A stretch of DNA of 64,000 bases, taken from positions 128,001 through 192,000 of the forward strand of contig JANRKS010000002.1 of assembly GCA_033763315.1 (NCBI GenBank), given 5' to 3'. The position numbers and the translations under genes are program-made. The notes below the pieces were generated by a model that saw only the letters and a list, made by a program, of their open reading frames with translations, had not been told where the DNA came from and did not search any database. This stretch comes from Deltaproteobacteria bacterium. Its GTDB lineage: Bacteria; Myxococcota_A; Polyangia; Fen-1088. Of this stretch, positions 37,876 to 47,032 are shown in pieces; within the stretch, counting starts at the first letter, position 1, and each line of letters opens with the position of its first letter.

Positions 37876-38582
37876 GTGAGACGCAGCGCCCGTCCATCGG
37901 CATCGTCATCCCCACCCTCGACGAAGAGGCGCGCATCGGCGCTCGCCTGGAGCAGCTGCGCCTTGCCTGTGGATTCGACCGCATCGTCGTGAGTGATGGC
38001 GGCAGCCGCGACGACACCGTCGCCATCGCGTGCAGCCACCCTGACGTGGTCGTCGTCGAAGCGCCGAGGGGCCGGGCGCATCAGATGAACCGCGGCGCCG
38101 AGGCGCTCGCCGAGGTGGACACACTCTGCTTCGTGCATGCGGACGTGTCGTTGCCGCATGATGCGGGCACCCTGATTCGACGGGCATTGGCCGACCCCGC
38201 GGTCGTGGCAGGAGCGTTCAAGACCTGGACGGTGGCGGATTGTGAAAGTCGGCCCTGGTGGAGCCCCCTGCTGCACCTCGCGGACGTACGTTCACGATAT
38301 ACAGGGTTGCCTTATGGCGATCAGGCGCTGTTCGTGCGACGCGAGATCTTCACCGCGATCGGCGGCTTTCCCGAGCAGCCGCTCATGGAGGACCTCGAGC
38401 TGTCGCGACGCCTGCGCCGCCGAGGCCGCATCGTCCGGGTACCCGCCTGCGTGCGCGTCTCTGGCCGGCGTTTCATCGAGCGGCCCCTGTTCTTCACGGC
38501 CGTGGTGAACGTCTTCCCACTTCTCTACAAAATGGGGGTCTCGCCGACCGCCTTGCGGCGTCTCTACGACGACATCCGCTGA
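37863..38582 (+). CDS. TIGR04283-like GT2 glycosyltransferase
   Basis: IPTLDE, DGGSRD, GRA.QMN.GA, HAD, YGDQ, LMED, SGRR. Confidence 0.88.
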   Translation: MAGVGETQRPSIGIVIPTLDEEARIGARLEQLRLACGFDRIVVSDGGSRDDTVAIACSHPDVVVVEAPRGRAHQMNRGAEALAEVDTLCFVHADVSLPHDAGTLIRRALADPAVVAGAFKTWTVADCESRPWWSPLLHLADVRSRYTGLPYGDQALFVRREIFTAIGGFPEQPLMEDLELSRRLRRRGRIVRVPACVRVSGRRFIERPLFFTAVVNVFPLLYKMGVSPTALRRLYDDIR

Positions 38583-38587
38583 GCGTC

Positions 38588-39607
38588 TCAACCGAGCGCG
38601 CCGCCGCAGCTCGAGCCGGCCCCGGCGGTGCAGCCGAGGCAGTGGTCCGCCACCGCGATGCGCGCGCCCACGAAGTCACTCAGGCTGTCGATCTCGAACA
38701 GCGTCGGCGTACGTGCATCACGATCGGCGGCGGGAAGTTCCAGCATCTGGTTGAAGTCGCAATCGTACACACGACCGTCCCATCCGACGCTGACGAGGCT
38801 CCGGCACATGAGCGCCGGCACGGTGTCGGGGTTGAAGTGATTCACCAGCAGCGACATGTACGCCTCGTATTGCCCCGTGCGCTCGAGCGTGTGCGCGAAG
38901 CGGCTGATCGGCATGTTCGTGATGGTGAGCAGGCGACCAAACGAGACGTCGAAGTGTTCGGCGAGCTCGAGCTTGTAGCGCGCTTCGAGCTTGTCTTGTG
39001 CAGGTGGAAGTGACGGGCCCTGCGGGTTGTAGACCAGGTCGAGCTGAAGAGGCGAGCCATGCTCGCCGTAACCAAGCGCGTTCAGACGCCGCAGAGCCTC
39101 GATGCTCTTGTCGAAAACGCCGCGCCCGCGTTGTTTGTCGACGTTGCCGGCCGAGTAGCAAGGCAGGCTGGCGACGACGTGCACCTCGTTCGCGGCGAGG
39201 AACTCCGCGAGATCTTCCATGCTGGGCTCGAAGAGGATGGTGAGGTTGCAGCGGTCGATCACCTGCTTGCCGAGGGAACGCGCCCGGGACACCAGCGTGC
39301 GAAAGTGCGCGTTCAGCTCCGGCGCACCGCCGGTGATGTCGATCGTTTCAATCTGTGGATCGTCCATGAGCGACATGAGCCGATGGGCGGTGTGGGCCTG
39401 CAGCTCCTCGGTGCGCTTGGGGCCCGCGTCCACGTGACAGTGGTGGCAGGCTTGATTGCAGCGTTTGCCCACGTTGATTTGCAGCGTCGCGACCGAATCG
39501 CGGCGCAAAGCCGGCATGTCGTGGACCGCGAGACGTTGCTCGAAGAGCTGCGCGCCGAGTAGTGGCAGGTGGCGAGGTCGTGCCATCGCGGTGGATGGAG
39601 GGGACAT
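38588..39607 (-). CDS. arsS: Arsenosugar biosynthesis radical SAM protein ArsS
   Basis: LQINVGKRCNQACHHCH, ASLPCY, YDCDFNQ, HCLGCTAGAGSSCGG. Confidence 0.92.
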   Translation of the reverse strand: MSPPSTAMARPRHLPLLGAQLFEQRLAVHDMPALRRDSVATLQINVGKRCNQACHHCHVDAGPKRTEELQAHTAHRLMSLMDDPQIETIDITGGAPELNAHFRTLVSRARSLGKQVIDRCNLTILFEPSMEDLAEFLAANEVHVVASLPCYSAGNVDKQRGRGVFDKSIEALRRLNALGYGEHGSPLQLDLVYNPQGPSLPPAQDKLEARYKLELAEHFDVSFGRLLTITNMPISRFAHTLERTGQYEAYMSLLVNHFNPDTVPALMCRSLVSVGWDGRVYDCDFNQMLELPAADRDARTPTLFEIDSLSDFVGARIAVADHCLGCTAGAGSSCGGALG

Positions 39608-39629
39608 CAGAAAGTTGGCTCCGTTTGTT

Positions 39630-40316
39630 TCACGTCGAAGGACGAGTTTGCGGCTGCCGCCAGAGCGCGACGCCCCAGGTGGCGAAGATGAACGCGGTCA
39701 CCACCCCGACATGGAACAACAACATGTGCGTCAGGTCGTTGGCGGGGCAGCGCGACTGCGCGAACGCCTGACCGGCGAGGGCCCCAACACCTCCCACCGT
39801 CGCCAGGACAGCCGGCTCCAGTCGCACACGCAGACCCCTGCTGGCGATGGCGATCGCGACGAGCGGCATCAAGCCGCCCATGAGCTCGGCCATGGCGCAC
39901 ATCGCCCCCGCCGAGAGCGGGAGACCCACGTGGACGTGGTTCTGCGGAAGGAAGGCGAGCAGACCCGAGGCCGTCACCAGCACGAGGGCGGCCAGCAGAC
40001 CCCATCGCCGCTGCGACAGCGCGTTGGCGGTCGTCAGGAATCGGGCCAGCGCCGCCGCCCGCTTCGGTGATGCCTGCATGGCCTCCGCCTGAGCCTGGAA
40101 GGCGCGCAGGAGCTCCGCGGGTGGCGAGGTGGTCGCGGGCAAGCGCCCGGCCCGCGCCACGAACTGCGTGGTGGCCCGCAACTCGTGACGATAGGCGCGG
40201 CAGCGGGCGCACCCGAGCCGATGCAGCCACCAGCGCGCGTAGCGCGGGGCCGTCAAAGCACCGTCGATCTCGTCGCTGGCTTCACGCGCGAACTTGGGAC
40301 AAACATTGGGGGACAT
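39630..40316 (-). CDS. Anti-sigma factor: zf-HC2 (ZAS) N-terminus + NrsF-like membrane domain
   Basis: HRLGCARC (HxxxCxxC); TM helices with Cys and CP..H..FH. Confidence 0.7.
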   Translation of the reverse strand: MSPNVCPKFAREASDEIDGALTAPRYARWWLHRLGCARCRAYRHELRATTQFVARAGRLPATTSPPAELLRAFQAQAEAMQASPKRAAALARFLTTANALSQRRWGLLAALVLVTASGLLAFLPQNHVHVGLPLSAGAMCAMAELMGGLMPLVAIAIASRGLRVRLEPAVLATVGGVGALAGQAFAQSRCPANDLTHMLLFHVGVVTAFIFATWGVALWRQPQTRPST

Positions 40317-40353
40317 CGTTGTGGCTCCGGACCTCACGGGCTCACGGGGTACA

Positions 40354-40379
40354 GTCGTCGGGGCGACGAAAACGTTACA
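40354..40379 (-). promoter_or_regulatory. ECF promoter TGTAAC-N16-CGAC
   Basis: Upstream of anti-sigma and arsS. Confidence 0.75.
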
Positions 40380-40427
40380 ACGGATTCTTGTCCCCCGCCG
40401 GGCTCCCTCGCTTTCTCGAGGTTGTCC

Positions 40428-40453
40428 GGTAACCTCCGGACAGCCGTGGCATC
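40428..40453 (+). promoter_or_regulatory. Weaker ECF promoter GGTAAC-N16-CATC
   Basis: Upstream of sigma gene; -10 deviates from consensus. Confidence 0.45.
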
Positions 40454-40510
40454 CACCACGTTGGTGTCTGCAACCATTCGAGCGCCCACGTGCGGGAGGC
40501 AAAACTTGGT

Positions 40511-41233
40511 ATGGTGTCGGCGGTGATTTCGCAGTCGAAGCGGGGCCAGGCGCGGCCCGTCGAGCCGGGCCGGTCTGACGCGCCGGCCGCTGCTACAGCC
40601 GCTGCTGAGGACGAGGACGAGGCCGAGCGTCTCGTCGCCAGCTTGCGACGCGCCGACAGCGCCGCCTTCACCGCGCTCTACCAGCGCTATCACCGTTCCA
40701 TGCTGCGGGTGGCCGCTGCTTACGTGTCCAGCCACGCGGTCGTCGAGGAGGTCGTGCAGGAGACCTGGCTCGCGGTGCTGGAAGGCATCGCGCGATTCGA
40801 GCAGCGTTCCAGCTTTCGCACCTGGCTGTTCGCCATCCTCGTCAATCGGGCCAAGACACGCGGCCAGCGTGAAAAGCGCAGCGTGCCGTTCTCGGTGCTG
40901 GCGGGGGACCCCGACGACGCGGCGCAGCCCGGCAGCGAAACGGTGGTCGCGCAGGCGCTGCCCTGGCCGGGGGCCGGGGAATCCCCCGAGGCGTCGCCCG
41001 AGACGGAGCTCGGGCGCAAGCGGATGGTCGAGGTACTGGAACAGGCGCTGTCTCGTCTGCCAGAGAACTACCAGGTGGTCGTCACCATGCGCGACATCGA
41101 GGGCATCGACGCCGCCGAGGTGTGCCGGCTGCTCGACATCAGCGCCGAGAACCAACGGGTTTTGCTGCATCGCGCACGTCATCGGTTGCGGGACCTTTTG
41201 TCAGAGATCGTCCCGGCGCTCGAAGGGCGCTGA
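40511..41233 (+). CDS. ECF sigma factor
   Basis: EEVVQETWL..FEQRSSFRTWL..LP..RD.EG..EVC..L.IS..RVLLHRAR. Confidence 0.92.
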   Translation: MVSAVISQSKRGQARPVEPGRSDAPAAATAAAEDEDEAERLVASLRRADSAAFTALYQRYHRSMLRVAAAYVSSHAVVEEVVQETWLAVLEGIARFEQRSSFRTWLFAILVNRAKTRGQREKRSVPFSVLAGDPDDAAQPGSETVVAQALPWPGAGESPEASPETELGRKRMVEVLEQALSRLPENYQVVVTMRDIEGIDAAEVCRLLDISAENQRVLLHRARHRLRDLLSEIVPALEGR

Positions 41234-41247
41234 GGCGGCGACGGCCG

Positions 41248-41273
41248 CGTAACGGTGGCGCTCGTTGCGAGAC
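41248..41273 (+). promoter_or_regulatory. ECF promoter CGTAAC-N16-AGAC
   Basis: Immediately upstream of pstS-like gene. Confidence 0.75.
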
Positions 41274-41282
41274 TGGACGGAC

Positions 41283-42116
41283 GTGAACGTCTGTCGGTGG
41301 TTGAAACGACAACCTTGGCCGCTTCTGCTCCTCGTCGCTCTGGCCGTGGTGGAAGGATGTCGCCGGCCCCAGGAGGGGGAGACCCTGGTCGTGACCGGAT
41401 CGAGCACGTTGGCGCCGCTCATCCTGCAAATCGGACGGCGCTACGAGGAGCGGCACCCCGGCGTGCGCATCGACGTGCAGACTGGTGGATCCGCGCGTGG
41501 CATCACCGACGCGCGCACGGGCGTGGCCAGCGCCGGTATGGTCTCGCGGCGGCTCGGGGCGGGGGAGGCGGACCTCACGGCGCACCTCGTGGCCAGGGAC
41601 GGCATCGGGCTCATCGTTCACGGCGAGAATCCCGTAACCTCGCTCACGCGCGAGCAGGTTGTCGGCATCTTCACCGGTCGCCTCACGAATTGGCAGGCGG
41701 TCGGCGGCCGTGCAGCCCCGATTACAGTCGTCAACAAGGCCGAAGGGCGGTCGACGCTCGAGTTGTTCGTGCATCACTTCGGCCTCGAGAACGCGGCGAT
41801 CAAGGCCGACGTGGTCATCGGTGACAATGAACAAGGGGTGAAGACGGTCGCGGGCAATCCCGCCGCCATCGGGTACGTGTCCATCGGGACTGCGGAGACG
41901 GACATCGCGGGCGGCGTGCCCATTCGCCTGCTGCCGATGGACGGTGTCGTGGCGAACACGGCGCAGGTGGCCGCGGGGAAATATCCCCTTTCGCGCGAGC
42001 TGAATCTGGTCACCCGTGGTGCGCCGACCGGGGCGCTGGCCGCGTTCATCGCCTATGCGCAAGGGCGCGAGGTCGTGGATCTGGTTGGGGAGCATGCGTT
42101 CGTCCCGGTGCGCTGA
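41283..42116 (+). CDS. pstS: Phosphate-type ABC transporter substrate-binding lipoprotein
   Basis: TGSSTLAP, GGSARG, SR, DGI, AIGYVS, YPLSR; GTG 41283 preferred because TTG 41265 lies inside the promoter. Confidence 0.85.
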   Translation: MNVCRWLKRQPWPLLLLVALAVVEGCRRPQEGETLVVTGSSTLAPLILQIGRRYEERHPGVRIDVQTGGSARGITDARTGVASAGMVSRRLGAGEADLTAHLVARDGIGLIVHGENPVTSLTREQVVGIFTGRLTNWQAVGGRAAPITVVNKAEGRSTLELFVHHFGLENAAIKADVVIGDNEQGVKTVAGNPAAIGYVSIGTAETDIAGGVPIRLLPMDGVVANTAQVAAGKYPLSRELNLVTRGAPTGALAAFIAYAQGREVVDLVGEHAFVPVR

Positions 42117-42948
42117 CCGCTTGGTGCGGGCCTTCTCCGCCTTGGCGGCCTTGGTGTCTATCGCAGCGCTTGTCGCCATCGCGGCCTTCGTGGTTCAAGG
42201 TGCGTTGCCGTTCTTGCTCGCGGAGGGGGGAAGCGCCGTCGTGGGGAGTCGCTGGGCGCCGCAGGCCGGTTCGTTCGGCATGGCGCCGCTGCTGGTCGGA
42301 TCGGCGGTCGTGAGCGGGCTTTCCGTGGTCCTCGCGCTGCCGCTGGGGCTACTGCTGGCCATCTTCGTTCACACGCGCGCCGAGACGCGCGGCGGCCGTT
42401 GTGCTCGAACGTTCCTGGTGATTCTGGCGGCCGTGCCGTCGGTCGTCTACGGACTGTGGGGACTCACCGCCATCGCGCCGCTGGTACGTCGCCTGGCGCC
42501 GCCCGGGCCCAGCGTTCTTGCCGCCAGTTTGTGTCTCGCCGTCATGACGATGCCGACGATCGCCATCATGGTGGATGCGGCGTTTCGGCGGCTACCCCGG
42601 GCGACGGTGGCGGGCGCAGCCGCGCTGGCCCTGTCTCCCGAAACGGCGATCTGGAAGGTGTACGTGCCCGCGATCCGGGGGGCTGTGGCCGCAGCCGGCA
42701 TCGTTGGTTTGGCGCGTGCGCTCGGCGAGACCATGGTGGTGCTAATGGTGGCTGGCAACGTCGTGCAGTTTCCGACCGGTCCGTTCGCCTCCATCCGCAC
42801 GCTCACCGCGAACATCGGCCTCGAGATGGCCTACGCCATGGATCGACATCGGTCGGCCTTGTTCGCCTGCGGCTTGCTCCTGCTCGTGGCGGCGATGGCG
42901 ACGGCCGGCGCGTTTGCGCGCGTCGAACGAAGGGTCGTGCGGCGGTGA
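42094..42948 (+). CDS. pstC: Phosphate ABC permease PstC
   Basis: LAAVPSVVYGLWG, RALGETM, RTLT. Confidence 0.85.
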   Translation: MRSSRCADRLVRAFSALAALVSIAALVAIAAFVVQGALPFLLAEGGSAVVGSRWAPQAGSFGMAPLLVGSAVVSGLSVVLALPLGLLLAIFVHTRAETRGGRCARTFLVILAAVPSVVYGLWGLTAIAPLVRRLAPPGPSVLAASLCLAVMTMPTIAIMVDAAFRRLPRATVAGAAALALSPETAIWKVYVPAIRGAVAAAGIVGLARALGETMVVLMVAGNVVQFPTGPFASIRTLTANIGLEMAYAMDRHRSALFACGLLLLVAAMATAGAFARVERRVVRR

Positions 42949-43796
42949 GCGTGCTTACCAGGAGGCTGGTTGCCTCGCTGCCGGGAGCCGCGGTCGCGAT
43001 CACCACCATAGCGGCGGGCAGCCTGCTCTGGGGGCTCGGGACGGGGGCGTGGGCGCGCTTCTCGCTGGGCTTCTTCACCCAGGCGCCCACGGGCGCAGGT
43101 CGCACTGGTGGGATCGCGCCCATGTTGTTTTCGACCTTGGTGGTGGTCGCACTGGCACTCGCGCTGGCGGCGCCGGTCGGGCTGGGCGCCGCCCTCTTCT
43201 TGCACGACCGGCTGGAGAGCGCCAGAGGCGCAGGGCGAGTCTTGGTGCGCACCGGGGTGGACGTGCTGGGGGCGGTGCCGTCGATCGTGTTCGGCATGTT
43301 CGGCAATGCGCTCTTCGTTCGCACCCTCGGCTTTGGCTTCTCGCTCCTCTCGGGTTCGCTCACGCTGGCGATCATGATCGTGCCGCTGCTCATTCGGGTG
43401 GTCGTGAGCGGGCTCGAGACGACGCCGGAGGCGCATCTGCAGGCGGGCGCCGCGTTGGGGCTGGGACGGGCGACCATGGTGCGGGCGGTGCTGCTACCCG
43501 CCGCGTTGCCCGCGTTGGTCGCGGGGCTGGTGCTGGGGACGGCCCGAGCGTTGGCGGAGACCGCGGCGCTGCTCTTCACGAGCGGCTATGCCGATCGCAT
43601 GCCCGCGTCGGTGTGGGACTCGGGTCGCACCCTGTCGGTTCACATCTACGACCTGACGATGAACGTCCCCGGGGGCAACGCTTCGGCGCAGGCCACCGCC
43701 GCCGCGCTGGTCCTGGGCGTGTTCATCGTCGAGTTGCTGGCCTCCGGCATCGTGCTGTACATCTCGCGCGGGCGCTCCCAAGGTGAAGACGCATGA
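42945..43796 (+). CDS. pstA: Phosphate ABC permease PstA
   Basis: GGI.P, VPSIVFG, RALAETAALLFT, RTLSVHIY. Confidence 0.85.
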   Translation: MSVLTRRLVASLPGAAVAITTIAAGSLLWGLGTGAWARFSLGFFTQAPTGAGRTGGIAPMLFSTLVVVALALALAAPVGLGAALFLHDRLESARGAGRVLVRTGVDVLGAVPSIVFGMFGNALFVRTLGFGFSLLSGSLTLAIMIVPLLIRVVVSGLETTPEAHLQAGAALGLGRATMVRAVLLPAALPALVAGLVLGTARALAETAALLFTSGYADRMPASVWDSGRTLSVHIYDLTMNVPGGNASAQATAAALVLGVFIVELLASGIVLYISRGRSQGEDA

Positions 43797-44599
43797 CGAA
43801 GCTCGAGTTGCTGCCAGGGGGACGACAACCGCGCGACGTGGTCCAGGTCGAGTCGCTGTCCGTGAATTACGGGGCGCGCGTCGTGCTCGACGGGGTCTCG
43901 TTGCGCGCGGCCCGGGGCCGCTTGCTGGCGCTGCTCGGGCCGTCAGGGGCGGGGAAGAGCACGCTGCTGCATTGCTTGAATCGCATGACAGACCTCGTGC
44001 CGGGGTGTCGCGTGGAAGGGACCATCAGGCTCGACGGACGTGACGTTCATCGTGCCGTCCCGGTGACGATGTTGCGACGGCAGGTGGGTTTGATCTTCCA
44101 GAAGCCGAACCCATTTCCGCTCTCGATCTGGCGCAACCTCGAGCTGCCGTTGCGCGAGCACGTCACCTCGAACCGCGCCGAGCTGGCCGATCGCATCGAG
44201 GATGTGCTCGAGGCGGTCGGCCTTTGGAAAGAGGTGCAGGGCCGCCTCGATGATCGCGCGGAGACGCTGTCGGGCGGCCAGCAGCAACGGCTTTGCGTCG
44301 CGCGCGCTCTCACCCTTTCGCCCAAGGTGCTCTTGCTCGATGAACCGACGAGCGCCCTCGATCCCGTCGCGACACGGGTCATGGAGGACCTCATCACGCG
44401 CCTGAAGAGCGAGTTGGCCCTGGTGATGGTCACGCACGATCCGTCCCAGGCCAGGCGTTTGGCGGATGATCTGGCCGTGCTCGTCGAAGGCCCCCGCGGC
44501 GGCGGTATCATCGCCGAGCAGGGACCGACCGGGCAGCTGCTCGAGCGTCCTGCACACGCCATGACGGTCGCTTACCTCGGCAACTGGCGCTCGCGCTGA
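43793..44599 (+). CDS. pstB: Phosphate ABC ATPase PstB
   Basis: GPSGAGKS, LNRM, FQKPNPFP, LSGGQQQRLC, DEPTSALDP. Confidence 0.9.
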   Translation: MTKLELLPGGRQPRDVVQVESLSVNYGARVVLDGVSLRAARGRLLALLGPSGAGKSTLLHCLNRMTDLVPGCRVEGTIRLDGRDVHRAVPVTMLRRQVGLIFQKPNPFPLSIWRNLELPLREHVTSNRAELADRIEDVLEAVGLWKEVQGRLDDRAETLSGGQQQRLCVARALTLSPKVLLLDEPTSALDPVATRVMEDLITRLKSELALVMVTHDPSQARRLADDLAVLVEGPRGGGIIAEQGPTGQLLERPAHAMTVAYLGNWRSR

Positions 44600-45534
44600 G
44601 GCGATGGACGAAGGTCGAAGGCATGGGTCACCCCCACGAACAACGGCAACCCAGTGGGGAAGTTCTCGCCTGCGATGAGCCACCGGAGGCTCGCGTCCAT
44701 TGAGGTGTTCGGGGTTGCCTTCCAGACGACGCCACCCCACAACGAGAACAGCCGCCGGCGCGGCCACTCTGAATCAGCGAAGCCGATCGTGCCTGGCTGT
44801 CCGAGCAGGGCATCCGCGGCGGCCTTGACCATGAGACGATAGGGTAGGTTGGCCCCAAGTTCGGCTGCGAGCACGACCTCGTCTCCGGGCGCGAATTGGT
44901 TCGAGGCCTTGCGGAGACGAAGCTTGTAGCCTGCGGATGCACCGGCATAGCCGAACCGCCCCAAGGACACCCCGACCTGGGTCATTCCGGACAAGTCCGT
45001 CTGGCCCTCGGTGATGGGTGTTTGCCACGCGTTCGGGTCGAAACGTCCCGTGGGAATCTTGGCCTCCATCTTGATCGCGCCCACCCAGCCGGTCCCACGT
45101 GCGACGCGGAGCTTGACGCCGGCGAGCAAGTCGCCGAGACCCACCCGTGCATCGACGACGTCGCCCGCGGCTTGCGGATCACCTGCGCGGCTCGCGGTGT
45201 CGAAGTCGACCCGCAGGACCGGGAGGCTGGCGGACAGATCCAGCCAGGGAAGCACGCCGTAGCTCACCGAGGTGGTCGCGCCGAAGATTGTGAAGCGTCC
45301 TGCCGTGACGGGATCGAAAGGGATGCGATCGCCGCGCGCAGGTGAGCTTGGTGTGCGCATCGGAAAGAGCAGCTGTTCGTCGATGGTGGATGCGAACTTT
45401 CGATCCGACGACCAGTAGCCGAAACTCTCTTTGACGATCAGTTGCCCCTCACCCACCGTCCAGCCGGAGGCATGCGCGTCGAAAGCGACGAACGCGAGCA
45501 ACAGCGTCGGCGCGAGGACGTGACGAAACCTCAC
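44572..45534 (-). CDS. Outer-membrane beta-barrel protein
   Basis: Signal peptide; YGV..L...LP, GLGD, K.PTG, G.TD, PGD motifs. Confidence 0.65.
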   Translation of the reverse strand: MRFRHVLAPTLLLAFVAFDAHASGWTVGEGQLIVKESFGYWSSDRKFASTIDEQLLFPMRTPSSPARGDRIPFDPVTAGRFTIFGATTSVSYGVLPWLDLSASLPVLRVDFDTASRAGDPQAAGDVVDARVGLGDLLAGVKLRVARGTGWVGAIKMEAKIPTGRFDPNAWQTPITEGQTDLSGMTQVGVSLGRFGYAGASAGYKLRLRKASNQFAPGDEVVLAAELGANLPYRLMVKAAADALLGQPGTIGFADSEWPRRRLFSLWGGVVWKATPNTSMDASLRWLIAGENFPTGLPLFVGVTHAFDLRPSPQRERQLPR

Positions 45535-46748
45535 GGCGCGAACGGCTCGGCGACGAAGCTGAGCAAACCCGCGGCGGCCTCGGCCGCGAAGGCGCGGACG
45601 AGCTGGGACTTCGATTCCCAGACGACGACGATAGGGCGGCCCGCGAAGGAATCGAGCAAGGCCCCGCTTGGTCCGCCCTGGGCCTGCAGGTCGCTGTGCA
45701 CGAAGCCGCGGGCCACGCCGCCAGCGCGATCTGCCAACGCGAACACCATGTTCTTGTTGGGATAACGGCCATCGGGCTCCGGTGAGGTGCGCCGGAAGGT
45801 GTCACCGTGGTTCACGCGGTAGTCGCCGTACGGATAGCTGGAGTAACTCCGGCTGGCTCCGGTTCTGTCGCTCAAGACGACGGTATCGGGGTGCAGAGTC
45901 CGCCACCTGGCCCACGTCATCTCGGCGAACGGGAACATGGTCAGCCACTTGCCGCGCGCCTGGCCCGACACCGCCCCCATGAACAGCTGCGGCCACAGCG
46001 ACTGCGTCTGGTGGTCGTACATGACAAGGTTCGAGTTGAAGAGGTTGCCGCTGACCCCGAACGTGTAGCCCTCGTCGCCGCCGCCCCAGACCACGGCGGA
46101 GCCCGTGAGGGGGCACATCGTCACCGACACCTTGTGCCCGGCGATGTCGTCATTGGCGATCTCGTGCCACCAGAGGATGTTGTGAGGGTAGGCGCGGGCG
46201 ACGCCATTCACGAACAACCCCACGACCAGATCATCGTCACGGAGGTAAGAAGCGTCCGCTGCGTTTGCATTGGTGAAGTTCAATCCGCCCCGTGGAGGGC
46301 CGGTGTTGGGCAAAGAAGGGATGCAGTCGCGTCCCCCACCACAGGCGATCGAACCTGTCTTGTCATCGGGCAGTGACGCCTGTCGCACCGGCTCCGTGCT
46401 GCCCCAGACCGTCGCGCCTGGGAAGTACACCGAGAAGGCGAACCAGAACATGTTGACGCCGGGCAACTGCGTGAGTATGCGCTTCTCGTCGGCCAACGGG
46501 CCCCGGATGGCCTCGCCGCGCAGATTGAAGATGGAGTTTGTGGTGGTCTCCCGCAGCACCAGCTCACCCGGTTTCGGTTCGAGCGGCGTCCAGGTATAGC
46601 TCTGCGGCGATGAGGGCGGCGGGGGTGTGGACGTGGCAGGCGGCGGTGTAGGCAGGCCTGGTGAGGAGGGTGAGTCGGCATTGGGGCCGCCGCCTCCGCA
46701 AGCGAGCGCTGCCACGGCTTGCGCCAACACGAGGTGCTTCAGGTTCAT
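45531..46748 (-). CDS. DUF3179-domain lipoprotein (apparently circularly permuted)
   Basis: LAC lipobox; DCIPSL, ARAYP..HEIAND..CPLTGS..GVSG.L.NSNLVMYD..T.SLW.Q. Confidence 0.85.
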   Translation of the reverse strand: MNLKHLVLAQAVAALACGGGGPNADSPSSPGLPTPPPATSTPPPPSSPQSYTWTPLEPKPGELVLRETTTNSIFNLRGEAIRGPLADEKRILTQLPGVNMFWFAFSVYFPGATVWGSTEPVRQASLPDDKTGSIACGGGRDCIPSLPNTGPPRGGLNFTNANAADASYLRDDDLVVGLFVNGVARAYPHNILWWHEIANDDIAGHKVSVTMCPLTGSAVVWGGGDEGYTFGVSGNLFNSNLVMYDHQTQSLWPQLFMGAVSGQARGKWLTMFPFAEMTWARWRTLHPDTVVLSDRTGASRSYSSYPYGDYRVNHGDTFRRTSPEPDGRYPNKNMVFALADRAGGVARGFVHSDLQAQGGPSGALLDSFAGRPIVVVWESKSQLVRAFAAEAAAGLLSFVAEPFAP

Positions 46749-47032
46749 TCGCATTCTCGTCCCTCTTTCTGACCCGCCCGAAACAGGACGCCCGCGGCCG
46801 TGAGGCTCGCGAGTCCGCCCAGGGCGAATCCGGTAAAGTGCCCGATGTCGCTCATCTGGAACGCGAGCGCCCCTAGCCCGCCACCCGTAGCAGCCAGCAC
46901 GACCGTCCCCATCCAAAAATGGCGCCGCCGCAACCGAGCCGTGGCAATCTGAAGTTCCACCGCTGGCGCCCTGGAGGAGGTAGGTTCCCAGGCCACCACT
47001 GACGTTTCAAGGTCCACGAGACGCGGTTGCAT
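46745..47032 (-). CDS. Small two-TM membrane protein
   Basis: AAGGAGG RBS, ATG 47032, ATGA overlap with DUF3179 gene. Confidence 0.6.
   Translation of the reverse strand: MQPRLVDLETSVVAWEPTSSRAPAVELQIATARLRRRHFWMGTVVLAATGGGLGALAFQMSDIGHFTGFALGGLASLTAAGVLFRAGQKEGRECE

Noticed and set aside
32929-38582. Selenoneine (senABC) cluster
   Set aside because: No SelD/SenC or SenB-type gene recognised; nearby transferases look like TIGR04282/04283 types.
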